Part shown: one piece after another, positions 49,566 to 59,639 of the stretch
How the letters are laid out: each line of letters begins with the position of its first letter
Position numbering within the stretch: position 1 is the first letter of the stretch
From: an uncultured Verrucomicrobiota bacterium
GTDB taxonomy: Bacteria; Verrucomicrobiota; Kiritimatiellia; CAIQIC01; Lenti-01
Direction: 5' to 3'
DNA length: 64,000 bases
Assembly: GCA_937860055.1 (NCBI GenBank)
Contig: CALMBO010000028.1
Location: forward strand, 21,881 to 85,880
Notes under the pieces: model-generated
Told to the model about the DNA's origin: nothing
What the model saw: only the letters and a program-made list of their open reading frames with translations
The model's database searches: none
Translations under genes and position numbers: made by a program

Positions 49566-51047
49566 TCAGGAATCCAGGTGCGAACGCCGGGCCCAGTCCG
49601 CCAGCAAACGCGCGCAGGCCAGCGTCGCGCCGGGCGCGCCGTAGGGCTTCGCCGATTCCAGATAGGCCGTTCCCGCGATGTCCAGATGCGCCCACGGAAC
49701 GGCTTCCGGCACGAAGTGCTTCAGGAACGCCCCCCCGGCGATGGTGCCGGCGGATCCGTCGCCCATGTTCTTCAGGTCCGCGAACTGCCCCTTGAGCATC
49801 TCGTCGTACTCGGGCCAAAGCGGCAGCTGCCAGAGGCGCTCGCCCGTGGCCTCGCCCGACAGCATCAGGTCCAGCACCAGCCGGTCGTCGTTGCCCATCA
49901 CCGCCGTGACCTCGTGCCCCAGGGCGATCACCGCCGCGCCCGTCAGGGTCGCGATGTCCACGATCGCCGCCGGCTTCTCCTCCGCCGCGAACGACAGCGC
50001 GTCGGCCAGGATCAGCCGCCCCTCCGCGTCGGTGTTCAGGATCTCGATCGTCTTCCCGTTGCGCGCCTTCACGATGTCTCCCGGCCGCGTTGCGCCGCCG
50101 CCCGGCATGTTCTCGACCGCCGGGATATACGCGACCACGGGGCGCGGCAACTTCAGGCGCGCCGCCAGCAGCACCGTCGCAAGCGCGGCCATGCCGCCGC
50201 TCTTGTCGTACTTCATCCACTCCATGTTCTTGCCCGGCTTGAGGCTGATGCCGCCCGAATCGAACATCACCGCCTTGCCCACCACCACCAGCGGCTTCAG
50301 GCCGCGCCGCCCCGCGTGGGCCAGGCGGATCAGGCACCCCGGCCGCCGGCTTCCCTGCGCCACCGCCAGCAGCGCGCCGCATTTTTCCCTGGCCAGCGCG
50401 GCCATGTCCCAGACACGGCACGAAATCCCGGCGCTCCGCGCCAGCTTCTTCGCCCGCGCCGCCAGATCCATCGGCCCCAGCTCGTTCGCCGGCAGGTTCG
50501 CCAAGTCGCGAACCTCCCGCAACGTCCCGCCCGCGATCTCCGCGCGGCGCACCGCCTCGCGCACGGCCTTCCCGGAAAGCGCCGCGCCGGCGAATTCGAA
50601 AACAAAGGAATGCTCTTTCCGGCTGGCCCGGAACGCCTCGAACACATACTCGCCCGACAGCAACCCCGCCGCCGCCAGTTCCGCCAGCTCCGCCGCATCC
50701 ATCGGGAACGCCGCGGCCGCCGGCCATTCGAACGAAGCCCGCCGCACGATCGCCGCCTTCTCCAGCGCGCGCCCCGCCGCCGCCCACGCGCGCAGCCAGC
50801 GCGCCGCGTGGAAATCCTTCTTCTTCCCGATGCCGACCAGCAGCGTCGGCAAGGACACTCCCTGCGGCCATGCCGTGGCCGCCGCCTTCCCCCTGAATTT
50901 CGCCGCCCCGATCCACGCTTCCAGCGCGCGCCGGTCCGCCGCCGGCAACGAAGACGGCGCCAGCAGCTTCCCGTCCTGCACCAGCACCGTCCGGGCGTCC
51001 GCCGCCGACGGCCGCAATCCCCACTGGAACCCGATCGACGGTCTCAT
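49566..51047 (-). CDS. pepA: leucyl aminopeptidase (M17)
   Basis: NTDAEGRLILADAL M17 signature, VGKAVMFDSGGISLKP. Start at MRPSIGF (ATG 51045-51047); the longer annotated N-terminus is low-complexity. Confidence 0.8.
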   Translation of the reverse strand: MRPSIGFQWGLRPSAADARTVLVQDGKLLAPSSLPAADRRALEAWIGAAKFRGKAAATAWPQGVSLPTLLVGIGKKKDFHAARWLRAWAAAGRALEKAAIVRRASFEWPAAAAFPMDAAELAELAAAGLLSGEYVFEAFRASRKEHSFVFEFAGAALSGKAVREAVRRAEIAGGTLREVRDLANLPANELGPMDLAARAKKLARSAGISCRVWDMAALAREKCGALLAVAQGSRRPGCLIRLAHAGRRGLKPLVVVGKAVMFDSGGISLKPGKNMEWMKYDKSGGMAALATVLLAARLKLPRPVVAYIPAVENMPGGGATRPGDIVKARNGKTIEILNTDAEGRLILADALSFAAEEKPAAIVDIATLTGAAVIALGHEVTAVMGNDDRLVLDLMLSGEATGERLWQLPLWPEYDEMLKGQFADLKNMGDGSAGTIAGGAFLKHFVPEAVPWAHLDIAGTAYLESAKPYGAPGATLACARLLADWARRSHLDS

Positions 51048-51382
51048 TGGCACTCCGGCGGCAGCTTGGCGCGCGCCGCGTCGTCGGCCGACAGATCGTT
51101 CACGGCGAAACCGGCATGGCGCACGACCACCTCGATGTTCCGGCGCCCCAGGCGCACATTGTCGTAGTCCACCCATGCCTTCCGCGCCGCCAGATCGATG
51201 CGGATGTCCCGGATGGCCCCTTCGCCCAGGCGGGCGATGGCGTCCCTCACCGTCTCCGCGCAGGCCTCGGTCTTCATCGCGGGGATGTCGAGTTCGATCG
51301 TCGAGACCGTGTTGCGGAAGCACCCCGCCCCCAGCGCCAGCAGCGCCACCACTCCGATCCAACCAGCTGTCGTCCTGTTCAT
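51044..51382 (-). CDS. small lipoprotein with HMA-like fold (single Cys)
   Basis: Lipoprotein signal ...LLALGAGC; IELDIPAMKTEACAETV resembles a heavy-metal-associated motif but lacks the second Cys. Confidence 0.35.
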   Translation of the reverse strand: MNRTTAGWIGVVALLALGAGCFRNTVSTIELDIPAMKTEACAETVRDAIARLGEGAIRDIRIDLAARKAWVDYDNVRLGRRNIEVVVRHAGFAVNDLSADDAARAKLPPECQ

Positions 51383-51468
51383 GTTCGCCTCTCCAGAAGA
51401 TTGGGCAAACTATTCCACCCCGCCGCCCCCCTGTCAACGCTCCCCGCCGGGATTCCGGCAACCGTCCC

Positions 51469-52938
51469 TTATTCCCGGTCCAGCGCGACCTGCCGGCCGA
51501 TCAGTTCCGCCGCCAGCCGCGCGCGGGCCGCCAACTCCGGATGCGCCGAAGCCGCCGGATCCTCCGCGAAGGCGCGGTACAGCTCCAGCGCCTCCTCGCG
51601 GCGCCCCTGTTTCCACACCGCCAGCGCCAGGTTCAGCCGCGTGTTCGGCGTGCCGGGTTCCCGCGCCAGGATTTCCCGGTAGGCGGCCTCTGCATCCGCA
51701 AACCGCTCCAGATGCATCCATTCTCCCGCCTGCCGATAGCGGAAATAGGTGGCGTCCCCGCGACGGAGGGCCTGGCCATACACCGCCGCCGCCCGGGCAT
51801 GCTCTCCCTCTTCGCACGCCAGGCGCGCCTTTCGCTCCAGCTCGGCGCCATCTCCCGCACCCGGCATTTCCCGGTGGAAGAACGCCCATCCCAGCAGCGA
51901 AATCAGCAGCAGTCCGCCGCAGACGAGCGATCCCCGGACGATGGCCCTTCCATGCGCATCCAGCCAGCGCACGGCCGGCGGGATCCCCTCCGCATACGGC
52001 GAACGGACCGCCTCGGCCCCCAGGGTCAGCACGGTCCAGGCGGCCTGTTCCACCGCCGTCGCGCCCGCCGGCAGGCCGGCCCGGTGCATCCGGGCCACCA
52101 CGCTGTTGTGAGGCGTGCGAAGCAGCAACGCGAAAAACAGCGCCCACGTCCGCGCCGGCCAGGCCAGGGGAGCCATCTCCGCCGCGCGCGACCGCAACCC
52201 CTCGGACATCGTCTCCGTCCGCCCTTCCCATATCAGGGGGAAAAATCCGCACGGCGAGGGATCCGGCACGTTCTCCCCTCCCGCATCGTAGCGGTGGAAT
52301 GCGGAGGCTTCCTCGTTCCAGAAGCTGTCCTTCAGCCAGTTGTCCAGTTCGCGCTGCTCGCTTTCGGCCGCGTCCAGCGCCCGGCCGAACCGGTCATTCC
52401 CCTTCGCCAGCCGGTCCAGCGCCGAAGCTTCGTTCGACAACAGCACCGCCAGATCCACCGTGAAGCGGCCGGGCGCGAATTCCGCGGGGAAAAGGGCCTC
52501 CGCCGCCGATCCCCAGAGCGGCAAGCCCGTCCCCCTCGCATCGTAGCGGTCGAGTTCGCGCTCCACGCACCGCGCCAACACCGGCAGGATGCGTTCCACA
52601 AATACCTCGGGCTCCGGGTGCGTTTCCGCCACCTGTTCCGCCAGCTGGCAGACCACCGGACAGGACGGCGAGAGATTGCCCTCCCCGTCCGCCGTCGCCA
52701 GCCACGCCTCGATCAGGCGACCCGCCATCTCGGGATCCGCCAAGGCCCATGCCGCGATCGCCAGCGGGAGCTCCGCCGCCGCCGAAGCCGCGTCCACCGG
52801 CAACGCCGCCAGCGCGGAGGCCGCGTTTCGTTTCGCCTTCGCGGGCAAGGTCTCCAGCCAGGTCCGGCCTTTCGGACCTTCCGGCGGCGCTTGTTCGGCA
52901 TTCGGATTCATCGCGGCCAGTATATCCATCCGCCACAT
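51469..52938 (-). CDS. TPR-repeat protein with N-terminal uncharacterised domain and one TM
   Basis: C-terminal TPR repeats (AAVYGQALRRGDATYFRYRQAGEWMHLERFADAEAAYREILAREPG...). Start uncertain (52938, 52929 or 52911). Confidence 0.45.
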   Translation of the reverse strand: MWRMDILAAMNPNAEQAPPEGPKGRTWLETLPAKAKRNAASALAALPVDAASAAAELPLAIAAWALADPEMAGRLIEAWLATADGEGNLSPSCPVVCQLAEQVAETHPEPEVFVERILPVLARCVERELDRYDARGTGLPLWGSAAEALFPAEFAPGRFTVDLAVLLSNEASALDRLAKGNDRFGRALDAAESEQRELDNWLKDSFWNEEASAFHRYDAGGENVPDPSPCGFFPLIWEGRTETMSEGLRSRAAEMAPLAWPARTWALFFALLLRTPHNSVVARMHRAGLPAGATAVEQAAWTVLTLGAEAVRSPYAEGIPPAVRWLDAHGRAIVRGSLVCGGLLLISLLGWAFFHREMPGAGDGAELERKARLACEEGEHARAAAVYGQALRRGDATYFRYRQAGEWMHLERFADAEAAYREILAREPGTPNTRLNLALAVWKQGRREEALELYRAFAEDPAASAHPELAARARLAAELIGRQVALDRE

Positions 52939-52948
52939 CTTCCACCAA

Positions 52949-54271
52949 ATGAAAAAGTTGCTTCCCCCTCTCGCCGCCGCTACACTTCCGCCCATGAAAA
53001 TTTCCTCTTCCACGGGCACGGTCCTGCTCGCGCTGATCGCGATGGCGACTTCCTCCGCCACCGCCGAAACGCGGATGCAGGTCGCCGCCGCTTCCACCCC
53101 CATCTATGCGCAGGCCTCCGCCGGCGCGCAGCAGGTCGGCTCCGCCTCCTCCGGCGAAATCCTCTTCGTCTCGCGCACGGAAGGCGATTGGGCCGCCATC
53201 TCGCCACCCGACCGCCTCGATCTCTGGCTCAACAAGGATTTCATCGAGGGCAACCGCGTCGTCGCCAGGAGCATCCAGGTCCGCTCCGGCCCCGGCATCG
53301 AATATGAAATCGTCGGAACCCTCGAGCGCGGCGCCGCCGTCATGCCCCGCGGCGAAGAAGGCGACTGGTGCAAGATCGCCCCTCCCTCCTCCACCACCCT
53401 GTGGGTCAAGAAGGGCGATCTTTCCGAAGTCCGCACGCACACCACGCCCATCCAGGAAGTCGCCCCGGTTCCGGAGCCGCCCAAACCGGCGCCGGCGCCG
53501 GCACCGGCCGCCGCCCCGGCGCCCCAGCCCGCCCCTCCGGCCATCGAACCGCTTCCCCCGCCGGAGGTCAAACCTTCACCGGCCGCCTCCGTTCCTGAAC
53601 CTCAACCCCCCCCGGTGGCCGAGCCCCCCCCTCCGGCTCCCGCCCCCAAGGTCGCTCCCTCCACGCCAAAGGCCCCCTCCGCCAAACCGGTCGCAGAGCC
53701 GAAGCCGGCTCCGGCGGCTTCCGTTCCCTCCACGCCCGCCAGGCCTGTCCCTCCCCGCACCGTCGCGCCTGCCGCGCCGGCGCTGAAGCCCGCCACGGCC
53801 CTCCCCGCCCCGGCGCCCCGTCCTTCTTCGACGAACGCCATCGCACCCGCCAAGCGCCCTGCCGCCAAGCCGTCCGTTTCCACCTCCATCCCCACCACGC
53901 CCAGCGCCGTCATCTCGCAGAAGTCCAGGAACGTCGAGGTCAAGGTCAACCAGGCCTATGTCGACGATCTCGACTTGCTGGACCAGCCCAACCAAGGCAA
54001 GGCCGTCCAGGTCGAAGGAGAACTCCGCAACGCCCCCTTCATGGCCGCCTCCCCGTCCCGCTACCGCCTGCAAACCCAGGACGAAAACGGCATCCTCGAA
54101 ATGATCTGCCACATCCATGGCGATTCCGAAGCACTCCGCCCATACGTCGGACGGACCGTCTCCATCCGCGGGCGCGAATACTGGGTGGAGAACAGCGACA
54201 TGCCCGTCGTCGTCGTCGGCCAGATCGTGCCTCTCGCCCCCGCCGACGAAGACGAACCGGTGCTGTTCTGA
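52949..54271 (+). CDS. secreted tandem SH3b-domain protein with Pro/Ala-rich linker
   Basis: Signal peptide; two SH3_3-like segments (EGDWAAISPPDRLDLWLNKDFIEG; EGDWCKIAPPSSTTLWVKKGDL); ~200-aa PAPAP/PEPP low-complexity linker. Confidence 0.5.
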   Translation: MKKLLPPLAAATLPPMKISSSTGTVLLALIAMATSSATAETRMQVAAASTPIYAQASAGAQQVGSASSGEILFVSRTEGDWAAISPPDRLDLWLNKDFIEGNRVVARSIQVRSGPGIEYEIVGTLERGAAVMPRGEEGDWCKIAPPSSTTLWVKKGDLSEVRTHTTPIQEVAPVPEPPKPAPAPAPAAAPAPQPAPPAIEPLPPPEVKPSPAASVPEPQPPPVAEPPPPAPAPKVAPSTPKAPSAKPVAEPKPAPAASVPSTPARPVPPRTVAPAAPALKPATALPAPAPRPSSTNAIAPAKRPAAKPSVSTSIPTTPSAVISQKSRNVEVKVNQAYVDDLDLLDQPNQGKAVQVEGELRNAPFMAASPSRYRLQTQDENGILEMICHIHGDSEALRPYVGRTVSIRGREYWVENSDMPVVVVGQIVPLAPADEDEPVLF

Positions 54272-54897
54272 TGCCGCCTCCCGCCCCCTCCCCCGGACAT
54301 CCTCGCGCCATCGGACTGCTGGGCGGCACCTTCAATCCCGTCCACGACGGCCATCTGTCCATCGCCGGCGAAGCCCTGCGCCTCTTCGGCCTCGATGCCG
54401 TCTGGTTCATCCCCTGCGCCGTGCCGCCCCACAAGCCCGCCTGCCACCTCGCGTCCAACGAAGACCGCCTCGCCATGGTCCGCCTGGCCATCGCCGGCGA
54501 GCCCCGCTTTAGCGCCCTCCCCATCGAATTCGAACGCCCCGGGAAGTCCTACACCGTCGACACCATCCGCGCCCTCCAGTCCCTCCATCCCGGCGCGGGC
54601 TTCGTCTTCATCATCGGCGCCGACACCCTCCCCGAGCTCCACACCTGGCACAAGCCCCTCGAACTTCTTTCCGCCGTCCGCATCGTCACCCTCGCCCGGC
54701 CCGGCTTCGTCCCCGATCCCGGCGCCCTGCACCTCCCGCCCCCCTGGCCCGGAAAGCTCCTTTCCGACCTCCGCACCGGCAACCCCCTCGATGTCTCCTC
54801 CCGCGACATCCGCGCAAAAATCGCCGCCGGCCAGCCCGTTTCCCTTGTCCCCGAACCCGTCCTCCGCTACATTCAGGAACATAAATTATACCGATGA
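54271..54897 (+). CDS. nadD: nicotinate-nucleotide adenylyltransferase
   Basis: GLLGGTFNPVHDGH (HxGH nucleotidyltransferase motif), ~208 aa. Confidence 0.85.
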   Translation: MPPPAPSPGHPRAIGLLGGTFNPVHDGHLSIAGEALRLFGLDAVWFIPCAVPPHKPACHLASNEDRLAMVRLAIAGEPRFSALPIEFERPGKSYTVDTIRALQSLHPGAGFVFIIGADTLPELHTWHKPLELLSAVRIVTLARPGFVPDPGALHLPPPWPGKLLSDLRTGNPLDVSSRDIRAKIAAGQPVSLVPEPVLRYIQEHKLYR

Positions 54898-55364
54898 AAA
54901 ACTCCAAATCCCCCGCCCCCAGGTCCGCCGCAAAGAAATCCGCGTCCCGGAAATCCCCCGCGAAAAAGGCCGTGTCCAGGAAAACGCCGGCCAAAAAGCC
55001 CGCGCGCGCTCCGCACTCCGCCGACGCCCTCCGGACCCGCGTGGAGAAGATCCGCGCCATCCTCGAATCCAAGAAGGGCGAGAACATCGTCGTCATGCAT
55101 GTGGCCAAGGTTTCCAGCGTCACCGACTACATGATCCTCTGCACCGGCCTGAACAACCCCCACCTGCGCGCCCTGGCCGACGAAGTCGCCAAGCAGCTCC
55201 GGCTGGAAACCCCTCCCGTCGCCGCCCATCGCCGCGCCGGCTCCGTCGAAAGCGAATGGCTCGTTCTCGACTACTTCGATTTCGTCGTCCATCTCTTCAC
55301 CCCCCAGATGCGCGCCTACTACGCCCTCGAACAGCTCTGGAAGGATGCCCCCATCGTCCAGTAG
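54894..55364 (+). CDS. rsfS: ribosome silencing factor RsfS (Iojap) with Lys/Ala-rich N-terminal extension
   Basis: ...ENIVVMHVAKVSSVTDYMILCTGLNNPHLRALADEV...WLVLDYFDFVVHLFTPQMRAYYALEQLW. Conserved nadD-rsfS gene order. Confidence 0.8.
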   Translation: MKNSKSPAPRSAAKKSASRKSPAKKAVSRKTPAKKPARAPHSADALRTRVEKIRAILESKKGENIVVMHVAKVSSVTDYMILCTGLNNPHLRALADEVAKQLRLETPPVAAHRRAGSVESEWLVLDYFDFVVHLFTPQMRAYYALEQLWKDAPIVQ

Positions 55365-55424
55365 CCGCTCCGCGGCCCCCTCTGCGGGAGGGCGCCGCAT
55401 GAACCACGGCCGCGAAAGGCCCGC

Positions 55425-56387
55425 ATGAACAGGATCTCGCTGGACGAAAACCGGATCGACGCCTTCGCCCGGCATCTGCGCGGCGCCGGAAACGCCAGGC
55501 CGTTCGACTTCTGCTCCCCCAGCGAAGGGTTCATCTATCCGGAACGCGGCCGCCCCGGCGTCCTCGAAACCTTCTTCTTCGCCTGCGCCCACCAGTTCGG
55601 CTTCTGGACCCTCGATGGCAACCGCTGGGCCCGGCCCATGGTCGCCCGCCTCGACGGACGCGACCTCAAGGGATCCGACTTCCTCTTCCGCGCCACCACC
55701 CGCGCGGGGCAGAAGGATCCGCACGTCTTCTCCCCGGCTTCGCTGGCGGCCATGCCGGATGCCGGACTCGACGCCCTGTTCCACGACGATGCCGGCCGGA
55801 ACCCCCTGCCCATGTGGACCGAACATCTCGAGCTCATCCGCGGCTATGCCCGGTGGTTCACCTCCCGGGACCTCGCCCCCGCCGATCTTCTCCGCCGCGC
55901 CGCCGCCGAACCCAAGCCGCTGTACGCGCTGCTCTCGGCCCTCGCCGGAATCCCCGGCTACGCGGAAGACCCGCTCCAGAAAAAGGCCATGCTGCTCGCC
56001 ATCGTGCTGGAAAACCGCCCCGAGCATTTCCTCGAAGTCTCCGATCCGGATTCGGCCGTCCCCATCATCGACTACCACCTCCAGCGCAGCGCCCTCCGCA
56101 CCGGCCTCATCCGCATCGAGGAGGCCTCCCTCCGGAAAAAGATCGAGGCCCGCACGCTCCTCGGCGCCCCGGAGGAGGCCGCCATACGCGCCGCCACCTA
56201 TCGCGCCATCGAAAAGCTCATCGCGCGTTCCGGGCTCTCCGCCGCCGCCGTGGACTGGTTCTTCTTCCAGAACCGGACCCGGTGCCCCGAAACGGCCGAG
56301 CCCGATTGCCCCGCCTGCCCCGTGCAGGCCCTCTGCGCCCGCCAAACCCGCCTCTTCCAGCCCGTCTACCGCACCACCGCCTATTGA
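55425..56387 (+). CDS. hypothetical protein (possible queuosine-salvage DUF2419-like; Cys-rich C-terminus)
   Basis: 320 aa; ...FFFQNRTRCPETAEPDCPACPVQALC; family assignment tentative. Confidence 0.35.
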   Translation: MNRISLDENRIDAFARHLRGAGNARPFDFCSPSEGFIYPERGRPGVLETFFFACAHQFGFWTLDGNRWARPMVARLDGRDLKGSDFLFRATTRAGQKDPHVFSPASLAAMPDAGLDALFHDDAGRNPLPMWTEHLELIRGYARWFTSRDLAPADLLRRAAAEPKPLYALLSALAGIPGYAEDPLQKKAMLLAIVLENRPEHFLEVSDPDSAVPIIDYHLQRSALRTGLIRIEEASLRKKIEARTLLGAPEEAAIRAATYRAIEKLIARSGLSAAAVDWFFFQNRTRCPETAEPDCPACPVQALCARQTRLFQPVYRTTAY

Positions 56388-56404
56388 TCCGCGGAAAGCC
56401 CGCC

Positions 56405-58015
56405 TCAGCGCGCGAGGCTGATCCAGACGACGCGGAATCCCTCGAGGATCTGGCGGGCCTCCTCGAGATAGAGCCGCGCCACCTCCCGGTTGTTCACCAC
56501 CACCATCAGGTCGTGCGAGAGGACAGAGGTGTTGTACCAGTTGAAGGAACCATCGAGGACGATCTGCTCGTCGATGACGCACTGCTTGGAATGGATGGGC
56601 GAATACGGCACGGCGCGGTCGTGGACGCCATAGACGAGCGCAACGGACAGCCCCGCGTCGCGGAGGCGCCGCACGGCCGGCAGCATCGTCCGCTGCAGCT
56701 CGTCGGACATGCTGCGCTCCTTTGCCGGGTCGCCCTCCCATGCGAGATGGCCGTTCAGGATCACGCGCACGTAGACGCCCCGGTTCTTCGCCTGGATCAG
56801 CGCATCGATCACGCTGTCGCCATGCTCCCCCCTCAGCTCGTTGACCAGGAACAGGCACAGGTGGATCGAATGCCGCGCCCGCGAGATCTCCCCGAGGATC
56901 GCCTGGTGCGGACGGTAGTAGCGGCCGTTCAACATCGCGGTGCGGCCGAAGGTGTACAGCAGGTTGAACGGCGCGAACGGATCGATCCCGTAGCGCTGGA
57001 TCACCCCGCCGCGGCAGGACTGGAAGATGTTGTCCAGCAGCCGGCACATGCCGTGGGAGCGGAACGTCATGCCCGATTCCCAGTTGCTGCCCCACCGGTC
57101 GAACGTGATGTTGAAGGAACCCACGATGGCATCCTCGTCGCCGAAGACAATGAATTTGTTGTGCATGTCCGTCGCCACCTCGGCCAGGGGGTCGCGCGTC
57201 GTGCAGACCTCGCCCAGCAGCTCGATCCCCGACCGCTTCAGGTCGAGGTAGTTGGAACTGTTGGTCAGCGTCATCTTCCGCCAGTCCACGATGACCTGCA
57301 CCGGCACCCCGCGGCGGTGCGCGTGGACCAGGTGCCGGATGAAATCCCCGTCGTCCACGCAATCCACGCAGACCTTGATGGCGTGGGGGCGCGCCGGATC
57401 CGCCTGGCGGCGCCAGATCATCGTGTCGATCATGTCGTGGATGTAGCGCTTGGGATGGTAGGGATGCCACGCCTGCCCCTTCGTGAACTTGGGGGTCAGG
57501 CCCAGCGATTCGAAATGGTGGTTCATCCAGTCCACGTCGCGCTGGAGCTGCCCGGCGTCCACCTCGTGCGTGCGGTACGGGTTCGGCGTGGCCCACTGCT
57601 CCGTGACGTGCCGCCGCACCTCCCCCTCGTTCCGGAATTCAGGCCCGTCCATGAAGATGTACTCGAAGCGCGACGGGATGGAGCGGAACTGGTGGTGCAG
57701 GATGTAGGAGAACTTCACGCACGTCACGCGGCCCTGGTGCATCGACTGGGGATGGATGAAGAAATCGCGCGTCTCGCGGTGGTGCCGGTCCCAGTCCCCG
57801 CCGCACGGATCCGTATGCGCCAGGTATTGCTCGAAGGTGCCGTCCTCGTGGAACACCTTGAGGACGACCTTGATGTTCATCTCCGCGCCCCAGTCCACCC
57901 GGAAGCGGATGCGCCCCCAGCGCAGGTAGAACAGCTCCTTGAACTCGTTCCGGCGCGGATAGAGCGGCCCCATCCAGGCGTCGGTCGGCGCGGCGTATTG
58001 TTCGGCAAACTCCAT
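56405..58015 (-). CDS. phospholipase D-family protein (two HxK(x)4D motifs)
   Basis: MHNKFIVFGDEDAIVGSFN and IHSKQCVIDEQIVLDGSFNW. Confidence 0.7.
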   Translation of the reverse strand: MEFAEQYAAPTDAWMGPLYPRRNEFKELFYLRWGRIRFRVDWGAEMNIKVVLKVFHEDGTFEQYLAHTDPCGGDWDRHHRETRDFFIHPQSMHQGRVTCVKFSYILHHQFRSIPSRFEYIFMDGPEFRNEGEVRRHVTEQWATPNPYRTHEVDAGQLQRDVDWMNHHFESLGLTPKFTKGQAWHPYHPKRYIHDMIDTMIWRRQADPARPHAIKVCVDCVDDGDFIRHLVHAHRRGVPVQVIVDWRKMTLTNSSNYLDLKRSGIELLGEVCTTRDPLAEVATDMHNKFIVFGDEDAIVGSFNITFDRWGSNWESGMTFRSHGMCRLLDNIFQSCRGGVIQRYGIDPFAPFNLLYTFGRTAMLNGRYYRPHQAILGEISRARHSIHLCLFLVNELRGEHGDSVIDALIQAKNRGVYVRVILNGHLAWEGDPAKERSMSDELQRTMLPAVRRLRDAGLSVALVYGVHDRAVPYSPIHSKQCVIDEQIVLDGSFNWYNTSVLSHDLMVVVNNREVARLYLEEARQILEGFRVVWISLAR

Positions 58016-58024
58016 CGCGCCCCC

Positions 58025-59536
58025 CTACCGCAGCTCGAATTCCACCAGATAGCCCGTGTGGTCGGACACGCGCCCGTAGCGGTTCGCCGTGAACAGCTCC
58101 TCCGCCCAGATCGCCCGCAGCCGGCTGCCCCGCTTGAGCCACAGGTAGTCGATGCGCCCGTCCTGCGCCAGCAGCCGCATCGCGTCGCCCTGCCGTTCGC
58201 GGAACACCTTCTGGAACGTGCGCGGCGAAACGATCTTCAGATACTGGTCCTCGAATCCGCCCGCGTCCACGATGTGCCGGTAGGCCTCGCTGCCCGCCGC
58301 GACGTTGAAATCGCCGCACACCAGCGTGGCGGTCGCCTCGTCCGTGTGCTTTTCGTCCGCCCACCGCTCCAGGCGCTCGAACTGCGGATAGAACCCGTCG
58401 CTCGGCCAGCTCAGGTGCGCGCTGAACACGTTCACCAGCCCGATGTACGGCACGCGCACCTGCGCCATCACGATCTTGCGCGAGTGGATGTCGTAGGGGT
58501 CCCGGCTGTCGGACACGTAGCCCGAATCGACATAGGCGAAAGGATGCCGGCTCAGGATCGCGACGCCTTCGCGGTAGCGGTCGAAGCCGAGGTGCGACCA
58601 GTCCGTGTGCAGATGGTACGGCACCGACAGATGGCCCTGGATGATGCGCGCGGCGTTCGATGCCCAGTCGCCCGCCCCGCCGTTCCAGTTCTCTCCCACT
58701 TCCTGCAGGCAGACGAGATCGATGTTCTGCTCCCGGATCGCCCGCGCCACCTGCTCGAACTTCCGGTGCGGATCCTCCTCCTGGTAGGTGTGCAGGTTCA
58801 GCGTCAGCGCCTTCAGCGTGCCGCGGCGCAGGCGGTAGTTTCGCCCGCCGTGGTTGTCCCAGAAGACCCCCCGCTTCGTCCGGCATTCGACCGCGTACTC
58901 CAGCCGGTAGGCGTGCGGAATCGGGATGCGCCCCGCCCACACCCCCCACCCGTAGCGGTTGGGATTCCGCGCGTTGCTCCCCACGCTCAGGTCCCAGTGG
59001 TTGTGCCGGAAATAGGCGTGCGCCGCATGCGACGTGACCCACCCGTCCTCCGTCCAGTGGATCGCGACGGCCTCCGGCTCCAGCTCCTGCCGCACCGCCA
59101 CCTCCACGGGCAGCGAGACCATCCCCGCCGGCAGCCCCGGATCGCACCCGATCGCCTGCACCGCCGCCGGATCGAAAACAATCACGCCGGAATCCGCATC
59201 CGAACGGTAGTTGCCGCCGAAGCGGCTGTCCCAGTGCTTCTCCCCTTCCCGCTCCATGCACGCCGCGAATTCGATGTTTCCCGGAATCGCCGACTCCATC
59301 GTCAACGGCACGGAAACCTCCGCCGTCCACAGCTCCAGACCCTCCCCCGCCTCGCAGCGGAATTCCGCCGGCGCCGCCCGCCATTCGCGGTCCTCCCCGC
59401 ACCAATGAACCGAAACCCGCTTGCCGAAGCCGATGTTGCGGACGCGCGCCGCGAACGAAATCTCCTGGAAGGTTCCGTTCACCGTCCGGGAAATGATGTT
59501 TTTCACGTAGATCAGCTGGATCGCCGGCATCGCCAT
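58025..59536 (-). CDS. carbohydrate-binding module (CBM20/21-like) fused to endonuclease/exonuclease/phosphatase (EEP) domain
   Basis: N-terminal starch-binding-like beta-sandwich (VSVHWCGEDREW...HWDSRFGGNYR...AIHWTEDGW); C-terminal EEP motifs (LTLNLHTYQE...VCLQEV...LVCGDFN...SDHTGY). Confidence 0.55.
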   Translation of the reverse strand: MAMPAIQLIYVKNIISRTVNGTFQEISFAARVRNIGFGKRVSVHWCGEDREWRAAPAEFRCEAGEGLELWTAEVSVPLTMESAIPGNIEFAACMEREGEKHWDSRFGGNYRSDADSGVIVFDPAAVQAIGCDPGLPAGMVSLPVEVAVRQELEPEAVAIHWTEDGWVTSHAAHAYFRHNHWDLSVGSNARNPNRYGWGVWAGRIPIPHAYRLEYAVECRTKRGVFWDNHGGRNYRLRRGTLKALTLNLHTYQEEDPHRKFEQVARAIREQNIDLVCLQEVGENWNGGAGDWASNAARIIQGHLSVPYHLHTDWSHLGFDRYREGVAILSRHPFAYVDSGYVSDSRDPYDIHSRKIVMAQVRVPYIGLVNVFSAHLSWPSDGFYPQFERLERWADEKHTDEATATLVCGDFNVAAGSEAYRHIVDAGGFEDQYLKIVSPRTFQKVFRERQGDAMRLLAQDGRIDYLWLKRGSRLRAIWAEELFTANRYGRVSDHTGYLVEFELR

Positions 59537-59639
59537 ACGGGGGGAGACCTTAACTGAAAAACCCGGCGCGCGCGAAAGTTTTTTCCCGCGGAAGCGAAAA
59601 TCCGCTATCTTCTCCTGCCATATCGAACGGAGGACCTCC

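Noticed and set aside
53461-53900. PAPAPAP / PEPPKPAPAP repeat DNA as a tandem repeat or mobile element
   Set aside because: It is the in-frame Pro/Ala-rich linker of the SH3b-domain protein, a coding low-complexity region rather than a non-coding repeat.
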